64,000 nt of DNA from Octopus sinensis (Eukaryota): NCBI RefSeq assembly GCF_006345805.1, contig NC_043006.1, positions 82,832,001 through 82,896,000 on the forward strand. Reading direction: 5' to 3'. The position numbers and the translations under genes are program-made. Below are positions 13,325-27,636 of the stretch, in pieces; the first letter of the stretch is position 1; each line of letters begins with the position of its first letter. The notes beneath the pieces are model-generated. The model saw only the letters and a list, made by a program, of their open reading frames with translations, did not search any database and was not told the DNA's origin.

Positions 13325-14029
13325 TATATGTGTATGTATAGATATATGGTCAAAAGTCAACCGACATTAAATCAAAATTCCATAAATATCTAATATTCAA
13401 TTGTATTTATTCATTCCAATTATGAATGTTTAATAATTGAATGCTGTGAGTTAAAATCACCGTTTTTTAAAAATCAACATTTGTCTATGTATTAACGAAG
13501 TCTCATATAAAATAACTTTTTGTTTGAATCTTGGAATTAAATGGGATTTGATTTACTGTCAGACTGTCAGGTTACTTTTGGCCAACCCTTAATTTTGTAT
13601 TTATATTCGTGTCACATCGTCCGTTTTCCCGTCCTTGTTTCGTATATATTCGAAGCTTTTTTCCAAGGAATCTAATGCTCTTAGCTTACTTTTTCCTTGG
13701 GGCTGGCCAGATTGGAGCAATCTCAAGATTAATCAGCCGAAATTGCGAGGATGATCCGGTTCTTGACTGAAGATTGAAGGCTTCGAATGACCCGTCCGTG
13801 TTTTTTGTATCGTCTATCTGGATATTTTGCGTTCTTGTCCCAATTTGTATTTGAATTTCATCGAATTGGAGTCAGAGAGAAGTGGTTCAAATGAGTTTAA
13901 GTTAAATGCATTACGAAAGCAATTTTTGTTTACGTCAAAAATAACCTTTTGACATTTCTTTTTATATATATGAGACGAGAGGGAACCTGCTAACCATGAG
14001 ACCGATTGCTACTTTTGCGTTGCCAAGGA

Positions 14030-15613
14030 TTCGGGCTTCACTAAGAAAAATAAAAGTATCGATTACTCAAATTTTGATACCGTGATATGACCTGTGCTAC
14101 ATTTAAACGAAATCCTTATTTTAATATTTAAAAGTCTGCCACGTCAAGAACTAGTTGAAAATGCTCCAGAAAATTCTGTTATGCACTCTGAGGTGTCTGA
14201 CACTGATTTTGACCCCAGCGCAAAAGTTTAACTAGGTTGAATTGATTGATCATGTAAGAGATCTCAATCTGCCCAAAAAAGGCTGCAGAAATTTAGGTCC
14301 AAGGCTTAAGGAGAAAAAATTTCTTATTTCAAACACTTACATTACATTCTACAGAGAAAAAGAACTTCTTAAATATTTTAGAATAGACGATAGTTTAGTA
14401 TATTGCTGTAACATGCCTGGTTTGTTATAGCAGATGGGGGTTGAGTCTTACAATGGAAATGATTGGCGCTTGTTTTTAGACAGTTCGAAAAGAAGTCTTG
14501 AGTGTGTGTTGTTACATAATGGCAATCTATACGGCTCGATAACGACTGGGCACTCAACAAATTTAAAAGATATATATGTGAATATATAGAAAAGATTTTA
14601 AATCTTATCAAATATATAGATAATATACGTTGACTTAAAAATGGTTAATTTTCTGCTAGAGCAACAAGCAAGGTATACTAAATGTCTCTGCCTCCTTTGC
14701 TTATGGGACAGCAGAGCCAAGGAAGAATAGTATTTCAAACAAATCTGGCCAGCACAGACATCACTTACTTATGGAGAAAAAAAAACGCCATTAATCCACC
14801 TTTAGTGATCAAACTAGACCGCATTAAACAACATGTAAAAGCTTTAGATACGAACTGCGATTGTTTCAAATACATAACATCAAAGCTTCCAAGTTTAAGT
14901 TATAAAAAATCAAGGCAGGAATTGTCGGTGGTCCACGAATAAGAAAATTAATTAAAGACTGCGATTTTCCTAATGTCATAAATGAACGCCAAAAGGAAAA
15001 AAAACATGCCTGGTTACCAGTAGTGGACTTGACAAAAACCTTTTTAGACAATTATAGGGCAGATAACTATGAAGAAATCGTAAAAAAAAACTTTAAGGGG
15101 CAAGGAGCAAGGTTGCAATATGAGCGTAAAATTGCTTCTTTTGAATTGCCATCTTGACCAATTTCCAAGTAATATAGGTATTTTAAGAGAAAACAAGAGA
15201 AAAGATTCCACGAAGATATCAAAATTATAGAGGAACGGTACCAAAAACACAGGGATTCCCACATGATGGCTGATTACAGTTGGTACTCGAAAAGAGACAT
15301 GTCATCGACAAGCAAATGCGCTAGAAAAACCTAGAAAAGAAAATTTTTGTCTGCGTGAAAGCTTCATATCTCTTTATTTTTTTTTTAAACTTCAAGTAAT
15401 TTCTATCGTTATAATGTAATATTACAGAAATTTGAACTGCTTGTATTTATGAAACTTGAAAATATATTTGAAGACATGACAACATTTTAATACTAATTTG
15501 AAAAATTTGGAAAATGGTAAGTAGGCTGCTGACAAGAATCAGAACCAGATAGAGCCAAACCCAAATTACTTAGAATCAAATGTCAGATATTCAATAAAAT
15601 ATGTTTCACAGTG
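14030..15613 (+). mobile_element. Decayed DNA transposase, Chapaev(3)-like
   Basis: Fragments VRDLNLPK, WRLFLDSSKRSL.CVLLHNGN, VDLKMVNFLL, CLWDSRA, GCNMSVK, RFHEDIK, MMADY; right end ..CACAGTG|TTA. Family assignment is from recall and the left boundary is uncertain. Confidence 0.65.
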
Positions 15614-15764
15614 TTATTGTTGTTGTTGTTGTTGTCGCTGCTGCTGCTGTTGTCGTCGTCGTCGTCGTTGTTGTTGTTGTTGTTGTTGGTAGTGGTGGTG
15701 GTAGTGGTGATGGTGGTGGTGATAGTGGTGGTGGTAGTGTTGGTGTTGGTGTTTGTGTTGTTGT

Positions 15765-16958
15765 TTTACTTCTCAGAGCGTTCGGTCTTGTTTGCTCTGG
15801 CAGATTCTGTGAAAGCGGACAGGGTCTCACAGAGTCTCTTCTCACACATTATAAGCTTTGATACTTGGTTGTTAATTATCGTGGGAGACATTCAGCATCC
15901 AAGTACCAATCTCAAAGTCCTAACTGTCCCCAGCAGAGCAGTTTTTGGGGCTTACTCTGCTTTCATGTCCATTCCGATTTTCGATATATTTCTTGAACTT
16001 GATTGTTAGTGCTCCGAGTGCCCATACAGCTACTAGTATGACAGACACTCTCAACATAGTCCACATTCTTGCTGTGTCGTCTTTTAGTAGTCTGTACTTT
16101 CCAGTCTTTTCTAGTCCTTTGTCACTTATGCCTGCATCCCAAGGTATTGCAATATCTATAATCTTGGTTTCTTTTTCCCTTTATCTACCTCAAGATCTGG
16201 TCTCTGAGCATCGATTAGAGAGTCACATTGGATGTAAAATCCCACAGTATCTTATATCCCTTGTTCTCCATGACTCCTGGTTCATATTCGTACCATTTTC
16301 ATGCTCTGACCAGGACGTATTTTTCAAATAACCTCCCGTGGACGAACTTAGCCACGTTATCGTACCTCCTTTTATAGTGCTTTTGGGCCTGCTTGCTACA
16401 TTCATTCACAATATGCGAAATTGCTTCGTTTTCGCAGCCACATATCCTACAAAGGGATGATTCGCTGCTCTTATCTATTTGGAACTTGGTGTAGTTAGTT
16501 CTCAAAGTTTGTTCCTGGACGCTGCATATCATTGTCCCAGTGCATCCATTCAGATCACTTTTTCTTAGCCATCTCTAAGTGTCGATTTTGTCTTTTCCTT
16601 CAATTTCTCTGGAGTATTGCACAGGCAGTGATGTCATATTCCAATTGTTTATATTTCTTCATTTTGTTTCTTTTTGCATTACATTTTCGGTAGGTATTTT
16701 ATTGTTAATTCTACAAGCGGTAAGTATGGATTCGCTCAGCTGCTTGAAGTACCATCCTAGAATGTTCTCGTTGCCAACACAGCTCTTGCATCCTGCGAGG
16801 CTGCTTCCTCCTCTCAGTATTGCTTTTGGGATGTAGTTCCTCGTTAATTGTCATCACTTTGCTGGCTTTCCTGTCCATTCCCTCAAGTTCGTTCTTTGCC
16901 CACCTAACACTTGCGCCGTATCGCATTAAGGAAACAGTCCATGTGTTCATTAGCCCAT
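15765..16958 (-). mobile_element. Degenerate Dong/R4-type element
   Basis: QEQTLRTNY, CRICGCENEAISHIVNEC, RRYDNVA, ILWDF-like segments; internally deleted. Confidence 0.75.
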
Positions 16959-17453
16959 GATTATTGTTATTGTTGTTGTTGTTGTTATTGTTGTTGTTGT
17001 TTTTATTATCATTTTTCATTATTATTATTATCATTAATGATATTTTCTAGTGTGTTTATGAAAAGGTGGTTGACAGTGCCAAGATGGGTGAAACTGAATG
17101 GATCAACTCTGAGTATACTTTTTTAAGCAGGAGGAAAGAAACTGGAAGAGAGCACTTACCAAAGCCTTCAGGATCGCAGAGTAAGCCGGGATTTTTGCAT
17201 GCGATTTACCCCTGATTACCCTAAGTGGACTGCTCCGCTATTGGGAATTTTATTCATTTATTTATTTATCTTTCTAATTTCTATTATATATCCTCTGTTA
17301 TATCCTTTAATGTGTAGTTATCTTCCTTTGATTGATGTAAACCCTACCTGTTTTCGTTCTTGTTTTAGTTTGTGTACTGTAACCCTCCTTCGATATTGTC
17401 TTGCATGTCTTGGGCCCTTCTAGCCAATTGTTATTATCCTTATCATCACCACC

Positions 17454-17507
<54 letters not shown>

Positions 17508-17963
17508 GAGTGAGAGAGCAGTGCATGCCATCAAAGTGACATTTAGGTAAAATATACGAAGCCCAGTATACCCATCATGACTACACGTCTGATAAGGGTA
17601 CACTAGGCACATGCATCACAACCATATGTGCGCGACATGGTGATTTCATATCAAGATAAACAACGCATGACCTTGCAGGTGGGGTCCCAATTAAAATGTT
17701 CTTCAGGTTGAGTAGCCCATCCCACTCAAAATGTCCCTAAATAAGGGTTGTTTAATACCCATGTTTCCAGAGGTGAACCATTCAAGCCCCAAACAATTCC
17801 TCTTTACACATGGCTATGATGCTCCCCCACAAACAACCGACAAACAAATCTGTGGTATTGAACAAAATATTTGTTGTCGCCCATCTTTTGCACTAAGACA
17901 AAACATGTACATGATAACATTTCCAGTCAGTTAAGAAGCCATTATTATTATTATTATTATTAT

Positions 17964-20900
17964 ATTTGCTGCGGAGTACGTCGGACGTGTTTTCGAACGC
18001 TCGAAGTAAGTCCTCGTTATATTTGTTGTTTACAGCCGTTTGGTGCTGTTTGTGCTTAAAATTTTAATCCCAGAGCATTACTAAAAACTGCAGGAACCCG
18101 GTGCTGGGTTTCCTGAGGTTGTTTAGTCACGTAAGTGGCAAATTTTGGCCCTTCAGAAAATCGCCTGAGAGCCGTTTAATAACAATAATTTTATAAAGAA
18201 GGTGGTGTCCACTCTAAAGCTTTTGAATGGAAAATTAGTTACTCTCCCCAGCCTTCTTGCAGCTGAAGACTTCCCTCCTCTTTTCTCTGTTACTCACAAC
18301 GATTCAGGAGAAGGGGAAGCGAAATCGCAGAGGGGAAAACTACAAAGTCCACCTCGCAACAGCAACAGTGAAGGGGAAAGCAGCAGCTACAGTGGCAGTA
18401 TCGACAACAGTCGTGGTAGCAGTGACAGCAGCAGCGGAAGCAGTGACAACAGCAGCAGCAGCAGTAGTAGGATTAGCGGCAACAATACGAGCAGCAGCAA
18501 TAGCAGAAGTGGTAGTAATGACAGTAGTAGCAGAGACAGCAGTTTCAAAGAAAGTGGCGGTAATAGTAGTGGTGAGGGTAGCAACAATCGACGTGGCCAT
18601 AATTCCACCACCACCACCAACAACAACAACTAAACCAAAAGGTTTGCCGACGTCATGAGCACAAGAGAGAAATATTTTCAATCACACTCGATGAGAAAAC
18701 ACGAAACCTTTCAGAATCAAACAGCATTATTAAACTTGAGGTGGGTAAGGCAGCAGAAATTATAAAGACAAAAGAAAAGAAGACGGTCTATTTTAGATGC
18801 GTATCACGCAAAAGTCACATTGAGAAGGCACTAAAAGAAATTTTGATAGACGTGGCCCATATACAGTGAGTGAGGCAGTTTGCCAACATTGAGATCCTCT
18901 TTAAAAGCAAGGACCTCGTACGAAGAAACGCAGTGTCACACCGGTGGACTGAGGAGTGTGTCCATTATCCCACCTACCTCTCAAAGATAGCAGGTGTGCC
19001 GCTGGACGTAAACGTCTGGTGGATTGTTGTCTGTGTGGTGCAGGACCCAAAGTCACTCAAGAAGGTAAAACGGAGCAGCAGAGAGAATTCGTTTGGGATA
19101 AACATGGAAATATTTATGCATGTAAAAACATAGACTATCGAAAAGATCCCGGACCTGATCCAGCTGCCCAACTGGATGAAACTGCATGTTGTTATGAAAG
19201 GCGGGAAGCCCAGATGTAATAACTGCGGGATCACAAACCACCTCAGAGGCTTCTGTCCCTAAAAGTTGGGAAATATGCGGCCATGCCTGCTGCCTACATA
19301 GCATCCCCAATAAAAGCAACAGCAATAACAGAGGCACGTGAACCCCATACAATGGAGAAAACCACCCAGGGTGTCTCTCAATCCAGACCCCTCACCCCTC
19401 TGTCAAGCATACACTTACACAGACACGTTCACACTATCACAAACACACTTATATTCCCCGAGATAGATCCTACAGACATGAGTCCCTCCTCATCCTGTGA
19501 TGAAAACGAGGGCGAGCCTTACAAAAAAGAAGAAGAAAAAAAGCTAAAAAGACAAAGGAAAAAGAAAACAAATGAACGTACACCAACAACTGAAAACATA
19601 GCAAAAACAACACCAGCATCAACATGCCACAACCACTACCACCCCAACCAACTCCATCAATGCACTCACAATCATACATAGCCCCCAAAAGAAAGGTCAT
19701 ACTCACAAATACAGAAACACCCAATTACGTGCTGGTGAGGAGAGCCAACAAAATTTTGATGGCCCTCATAGTCAGAAACAAGGAGATTGAGAGCACCCTT
19801 AGGGTTCCGGATGACTTAATGCTAATTCGGTTACCCCTCAAAGTGTACGAAGGCATTCAAATGTTGGAAAACCAAGTGTCTGTCTCACGAAGAGGCTATT
19901 AAGCAATTTCACAGAGGAACCACGATCAGATCTGGAGCCCGGGTCAACAGGTAGCCAACAGCTTCAGGAGGGCAAGTAACTCCATTCTTTTTCTTTTCTT
20001 GAACCCTTTCGAGCCATCATGAATATTATCAGAGTGGGCTGCATAAATAATCGCGGCCTAAGATCACCCTGGAAGCAAGGTCACTAGCTCAATGACCTCA
20101 GGTCGCTAGGGTTGGATGTGATAGCAGCTAAGAAGACCTGGATTTCTGACACACGCGATCTGGCACTCATTTTCGACAATTATGAGATCTTCGCATCTCT
20201 TAGTCGGTCCAGAATGGGTGGCTGGGTGGCAGTGCTGCTTAGGAAAAGCCTGAATCTCGAGCTTCAGACGATTTTCCTGGACCCGGCGGGTAAGTTGGTG
20301 GTCCTAGTTGTGAGTAACAGCGAAGGAGATGCCTTTAGACTAGTCGCTGTTTACATCCCTACGGGGGAGGAGTAACCAGATTTCTTCAGACGTTTGGATG
20401 TTTTCCTTGGGACATCGCGCTCTTTAATGTTAGTAGGCGATTGAAACGCCATCTTGAACACACGCCTGGATAAGGCATGGCTAGCTAGTAGGAGAAGGGG
20501 GTGTAAAAGCCTCACAAACCTGCTCAGTGGCTTCTCGTTGGCTGACAGGTGCCGAGTGAATTTCCTGAATGCGTAAATGCGGACATGGGCAAACTGCTTT
20601 GGGTCTTCCAGATTGTATCTCGATTGAGTATTTAGTAGGCTTGTAAATAGAAGTAGTATAAGTTGTCTTCAGTTCAAAGTCGTCAGCTACACGGACCATA
20701 AATTTGCGATCTGTACGGTCGGCATAAATAGGATCCATAGACAGGGCTCTGGATTCTGGAAGCTGAACGCATCCTTCCCGGCGCACCAAGTTCTCAGAGG
20801 CCGGGTTAACAAGTTTGTCCATAGGAAGTTGGCGGGTGCAATCGTCAACAACCGATGCTGAATAACCCTGAAAAGGGCTATTAGAGTAGACGCGCTAAGT

Positions 20901-22620
20901 TTTAGTCAGAAAATAGTGTTAGAGGAATCTAGGATAGAGGGAGACCTAGTTAAGAAGCTAGAAGAGGTGCTTCTGATTGGCATAGCGACCGACGTGCTGG
21001 CGGCGAGATTGACTATTGGTCAGTTCTTCAATACCAAGGACGAAGGTCGTTTTATCAGAGTTATAGCGCGTGCACTGAGATGGGAAGGTGACGCGCAGAC
21101 TTGCGTTATCCCAAACAGAACTATCCATTACAACCTTTGCCTCACGCGCTACATCAAAAAGAGGGTGGGTAGGGTGCCTGGCATGGATGGGGTTGTGATC
21201 AATTTGGATCAATTGAAAGCTTTTGATAAGGTCGACCACCAATACCTGGAGGATGTTCTCGCGGAAGAGGGTTTCGGTCCTGTTTTCAGACGCTGGATCG
21301 CTGCAGTGCACAGCGAATTCTGTTCGGTGGTCAGAGTAAATGGCCACCTATCGGAATCATTTAGCATCGTTCATTCGGTCCGTTAACGATGCCGACTCTC
21401 GCCTCTTCTTTACGTACTGGCTTTCGAGCCATTGCTGCGGAAGCTGGATGTTTCGAGGGGCATCCCGCATGATCTAGGATGCAGTAGTTTCATGTCGGCT
21501 ATGCAGACGACGTCACCGTAATAGTATCGGATATCTCTGAAATGAGGTTGTCGGCATTGCCTTGAGGGAGTACGAAGCAGTGACCGGAGCAAAGATTAAT
21601 CAGGAAAATTGGGTGGGCTTGATACCTGGAAAGGAAGGTCCATGCAACAGACTGAACGGAAGGACCGATTAAATTGTTCGTGGTCTAGTTTCGTCCAGAC
21701 CTCTAGGTGAATAAGAACTGAGAGAGGAGATAACAAATAGGGTGGCCGATCTCACCCAGAAACGAGTAGACAAGAATCTGTCTCTGAAGGGTCAGGCGTA
21801 CATCGCTTCAGTCATCTTGCTCCACTTGCCTGATAAAGCTGGAGAGCTTGCTCTTTCGCTTTCTGTGAAAGGAACGTGTTCCGCTCGTCAGACGATCCAT
21901 CTGCTGTCAACAGCAGCTGAGTGGAGGACTGGGCATGCCGTGGTTAGTGATGTCCAGGCATGCGCTGAGGCTGCAAGATCTCAAGTGGTTTTCTTAACGG
22001 TGAGCAGGTGTGGTCGATGTTTGTTAAACGGGATTTTCCGCTGCTCATTTCATTGCCTCTTTGATGGAGCTGCAGTTCTGGGTCGAACTAGACTTCTTTT
22101 AGCCGAGAGGGAAAGACAGTTTTTCTCTGTTTCGTGGTTATAGCGAAAGAGGTAACGTGGTGGACGAGGCTGAAAGGACTGAAGACAGACAGAATCTTCT
22201 CTGGTCAAGCCCTCATCGACTTTTTCAAGTGGAACTTGAAAAGGAAAGTGAGAGTGGAGAGGGAAGTACTGCCTCCCTTCTCCAGTAATTTTGTTGAAAG
22301 GTGGGTGAACGTTGCGAAAATCGCTCGTGAAAATGGGCCTACTCTGAATATTCACCTATAAGCCGGAGCAATTGAGGGAAGAGGGGTGCCTACTTGACGT
22401 GCCCCTGGTAGTCGGGGTGACCTGGATGTGTAGGGCGACCTTGTTGGCCCTGGGCGAAACTCCCCTGTATTGGAGAATTTTGTTGTTAGAATCTTTTGTT
22501 AACTGTTTTTGTTTTATATTGTTTACACAATTTCTGTTTTAAAACCCACTTATCTCTTGTTTAGTATTGTCCCTTTATGTTTTTTGTGTTCGGCCCTTGT
22601 GTCCAATAAAGAAAGAATTA
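17964..22620 (+). mobile_element. Decayed Tx1/L1-clade LINE (ORF1 with CCHC knuckle; ORF2 APE-RT)
   Basis: RCNNCGITNH near 19215; MNIIRVGCINNRGL near 20019; GSGFWKLNAS; INLDQLKAFDKVDHQYL; LSPLLYVLA; YADDV; ends aataaagaaag. Many stops. Related 3' tails at ~17130-17430 (+) and ~40150-40340 (-). Confidence 0.85.
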
Positions 22621-22718
22621 TCCTCCTCCTCCTCCTTATTTGTTTGGCTTTTGCTTTGTATTTGTATAAGTTGACTCCAAGTCTCACCTAGAGAACTCAC
22701 GAGACAAGTTAGAAGTTC

Positions 22719-22775
<57 letters not shown>

Positions 22776-22806
22776 CATCATCATCATCATCATTATTATT
22801 ATTATG

Positions 22807-22904
<98 letters not shown>

Positions 22905-23884
22905 TAGTAGTAGTGTTAGTAGTAGTAGTAGTAGTAGTAGTTGTAGTAGTAGTAGTATCATTATTACGCTAGTGCATGCTAATTTAATGAGCAAGTATTT
23001 TATCTCAGTGTTTTGTGACACCAAGTCTCCTCAAATCTCAAGAATCCTTCTTCAGATTCCTGCAGAATATAGGATGGTACTTTTCTGCGGGTTGACAAGT
23101 TTGTTTTTTTTTTACTTTCATAGCTTAAGCACATTGTGCTCTTCTCCTGCCAATAAATTTGATTTGAATCTGATTTGACAATGCGAATTTCAATACCAGA
23201 TTCATTCAGTGATTTATGTAGCATTTTGGGTGGAATAATTTTTGTCTTCGTCTGTTCTAGCCAGAACCTGATATTCCTAAATTATTATAATTATTATTTT
23301 TATAGAGTGAGAGAGCAGTGCATACCATCAAAGTGACACTGGGGTAAAATATACGAAGCCCAGTATACCCATCATGACTACCCGTTTGATAAGGGTACAC
23401 CAGGCAGATGCATCACAAACATATGTGCGCCACGTAGTGATATATCAAGATAAACAGCGCATGACCTTGCAGGTGGGGGCCCAGTAAGAATTTTCTTCTG
23501 GTCGAGTAGCTCATCCCGCTCAAAAGGTCCCTGAATAAGGATTATTTAAGGATGTTGAACGAACCACCCATGTTTCCAAAGGTGAATTATCGAAACCTCC
23601 AAGAATTCCTTTCAACACACTGCTATGGTGCTCCCCTACTACTTCTGATCGTGGTCAGAGATGTCCATATCGTCAGCCACTAAGGGACATGGTCAACTGG
23701 TTATGGTCAAACAACTGATAAGCAAATCCGTGGTACTGAGCAGAATATTTACTGTAGCCCATCTTTTATACCAAGACAAAACATGTACATGATAACACTT
23801 TCAATCAGTTAAGCTCAGCAACCATGAGAGCCACTGCCTGGTACTGCATCAGGGCATTTTTATTATTATTATTATTATTATTAC

Positions 23885-24628
23885 TTTTTTTTTCTTCTTC
23901 TTTCAAATTTGCTTCCATTTCTTGCCGAGTGTCTTCCCGACTCCTAGGGCGAAGAAACTCATAGTATACATTGGTAGGCCATTAAACCAAACTCAGTAGT
24001 TCGTTCATTTTTTTAATTTTTTTTTTTTTAAAGTTAAATTAAAATACACGAGCAGCAACAGTTCTCACATCGACAATGCTCTTCTCAATACGTGTGATGT
24101 ACCAGTTAAGACAATCTTTTGCACTTCTTGCAGGGATGGTAAGCCAGGGATCATTCTCATATAATTTTCGGTTCCCTTCTTGATCATTCCTAGTGCTCCT
24201 ACGATCACTGGTATTGTAACCGCCTTGAGATGCCACATTTTCTCAATTTCAATGAGTAGGTCTTTATATTTTCTGAGCTTGTCAAACTCTTTCGCTGAGA
24301 TATTATGATCACAGGGGATGCTCATGTCGATCAATAAGCAAACTTTATTGTTTTGGTCTTTCACAACAATATCTGGTTTATTGGCCTTGATGGTTCGGTC
24401 TGTATGTACTGGAAAGTCCCACAGAATGGTTACATTTTCTCCTTCAGTTACAGCCTCAGGGTGGTGATTATTCCACTTGTCGGCAGTTTTGATATTGTAA
24501 TGCCGACTTATTAGCCAGTGGAGATATTGGCCAACTCTGTCATGTCTTAATTTATACTCCACTGGTGCTAAGACTTTACATCCAGAGATTAGGTGGTCCA
24601 GACTTTACATCCAGAGATTAGGTGGTCC
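23885..24628 (-). mobile_element. Dong/R4-type family A, 3' fragment with 29-bp 5'-junction duplication
   Basis: ORF 24065..24562 matches the family A endonuclease; inserted in (TAA)n. Confidence 0.92.
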
Positions 24629-24659
24629 TTATTATTATTATTATTATATTATTATTATT

Positions 24660-24779
<120 letters not shown>

Positions 24780-25336
24780 TTCTTCCGATTTATTACTTTC
24801 TGAATTCAAATCTGTTATGGTCATCTTTACCTTTTACCCCTCCAGTATAAAATAAAATACCAGCCAAAAAATATGATTGAAGGTATCAGCTAAATCCCTC
24901 CCTTTAAGATTGGTGGATTTGTGCCTAAGTCAGAAACCATTAAAGATTTGGATGTGGTTGAACATTTAGAACGTCAGACAAAATCATCGCGGTATTTCGT
25001 CCGGCGTTTTACGTTCAGAACTCAAATCCGCCGAAGCCAACTTTGCTTTCATCCTTTCCAAATCAACAAAATAAAATACCCGTCAAGTACTAGGGTCGAT
25101 GTAAATGACTTGCCCTCTACCCTCAAAATTGGTGGTGTTGTACCAAATTTAGAACGAATCATTTAGCGCATTTTTCGTGGTACCCCAGATGAGTTAGTTG
25201 GCTTGGGATCTTTGAGACTTCTTGGTTGCTCCTGGTGGCGTTTTCTCCAGTTGGAGAGTATATTAAGATTATTCTGTTTTTTTGCAAATTGTTATTGTTT
25301 CATTAGCTTCTATTTATTATTATTATTATTATTATT

Positions 25337-25371
<35 letters not shown>

Positions 25372-25393
25372 TATTATTATTATTATTATCATT

Positions 25394-25434
<41 letters not shown>

Positions 25435-25459
25435 TATTATTATTATTATTATTATTATA

Positions 25460-25845
25460 AAGGCGGCGAGCTGGTTGAGTCGTTAGTACGCGGGAAAGAT
25501 TCTTAGCTGCATTTCGTCCGGCTTTACGTTCTGAGTTCAAATTCTCGCCGAGATCGACTTTACCTTTCATCCTTTCAGGGTCGATAAATTAAGTATCATT
25601 TGAGAACTGGAGTCGATATAATCGACTTATCCCCATTATTATTATTATTATTATTGTTACAGCGGTGAGCTGGCAGAATCGATAGCAACCGGGCAAAATG
25701 CTTAGCGGTATTTTGCCAGTCGCTACACAGAGTTCAAATTCCACCGAGGTCGACTTTTCCTTTCATCCTTCCAGGATCGATGAGTTAAGTACCAGTGAAA
25801 CACTGCACCCCCAAATTTCAGGCCTTGTGCCTATAATAGAAAAGG
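25460..25845 (+). mobile_element. Two tandem tRNA-like SINEs in (TAT)n; family also at 26010-26390, 30530-30668, 39940-40133, 45105-45313, 53702-54165 and 63055-63270
   Basis: ggcggcgagctgg..gagttcaaattc..gtcgacttt.cctttcatcctttc.gggtcgataaattaagtac. Confidence 0.8.
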
Positions 25846-25885
25846 GACATTACCATTATTATTATTATTTATTATTATTATTATT

Positions 25886-25920
<35 letters not shown>

Positions 25921-25942
25921 TATTATTATTATTATTATCATT

Positions 25943-25983
<41 letters not shown>

Positions 25984-26951
25984 TATTATTATTATTATTA
26001 TTATTATAAAGGCGGCGAGCTGGTTGAGTCGTTAGTACGCGGGAAAGATTCTTAGCTGCATTTCGTCCGGCTTTACGTTCTGAGTTCAAATTCTCGCCGA
26101 GATCGACTTTACCTTTCATCCTTTCAGGGTCGATAAATTAAGTATCATTTGAGAACTGGAGTCGATATAATCGACTTATCCCCATTATTATTATTATTAT
26201 TATTGTTACAGCGGTGAGCTGGCAGAATCGATAGCAACCGGGCAAAATGCTTAGCGGTATTTTGCCAGTCGCTACACAGAGTTCAAATTCCACCGAGGTC
26301 GACTTTTCCTTTCATCCTTCCAGGATCGATGAGTTAAGTACCAGTGAAACACTGCACCCCCAAATTTCAGGCCTTGTGCCTATAATAGAAAAGGGACATT
26401 ACCATTATTATTATTATTATTATTATTATTACTAGTGGTGGTGGTAGTAGTAGTAGTAGTAGGTGGTTGTTGTTGTTGTTGTAATAATAATAGTAGTAGT
26501 AGTAGTAGTAGTAGTAGCAGCAGCAGCAGTAAGAGTAACAAGTACTATAAACACGTGAACCTCAGTAAAAAAAAAATGGTTAAAGTCTGTTAATTCCGTT
26601 TCTTACGGCATCTTTAATAATAGTTTGTGAATCATTTAAGCAAGGAAAACAGTTTATTCTTTCTTAATTTTTCTTTTTGTTTTTGTTTTTTCTTCTTCTT
26701 GTTTTCTTCTTTTACTGTCAGAATATGCATGCAGACAGAAAGGGAGAGTGGTGGGGAGAGGAAGAAATATGTTTGAGATGAAAGGCATCAGCAGTGTCAG
26801 TCGACGATATTTAAACGACGATAAGAGTTTTACATTTCTTTCGTTTTCTTTTTATTTCTCTATCTTTTTTTCGTTCATTCCTGTAATGCAAAGTATAATT
26901 GTTTAGTATAAAATGTTGACTGCGCCATCATTGTAGCAAAAGGAGGAAATG

Positions 26952-27004
<53 letters not shown>

Positions 27005-27006
27005 CG

Positions 27007-27047
<41 letters not shown>

Positions 27048-27066
27048 ACATTATATATACATGCAT

Positions 27067-27129
<63 letters not shown>

Positions 27130-27228
27130 ATATATATATGCATGTATATATATTTTATATTTTTCATTTTATTTTATCTACTTTCAGTTCACGAGCTGTG
27201 GCCGTGCTGGGGCAATGCAATTTTATAT

Positions 27229-27347
<119 letters not shown>

Positions 27348-27484
27348 ATAAAACACACATATATCTGTGAGTATATATGTATATACGTATAAATATATAT
27401 ATATATGCATACATATATATATATATGTATACATATATATATATGTATACATATATATATATATATATATATACGTTTATATAA

Positions 27485-27567
<83 letters not shown>

Positions 27568-27588
27568 TATAATATTAAAGAAGAAAAG

Positions 27589-27594
27589 TTTATT
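27589..27594 (-). terminator. Candidate polyadenylation signal AATAAA for the DMBX1-like gene
   Basis: tttatt on + strand, about 43 nt past the stop codon. The context is AT-rich, so a chance match is plausible. Confidence 0.25.
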
Positions 27595-27636
27595 AAACTA
27601 GATAATTTGTGTCCAGTAATGGAGCTGAAACAAAAC

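Noticed and set aside
18202-18681. Ser/Ala-rich ORFs as a host gene
   Set aside because: This is a trinucleotide-rich low-complexity stretch inside the 5' part of the Tx1-like element.
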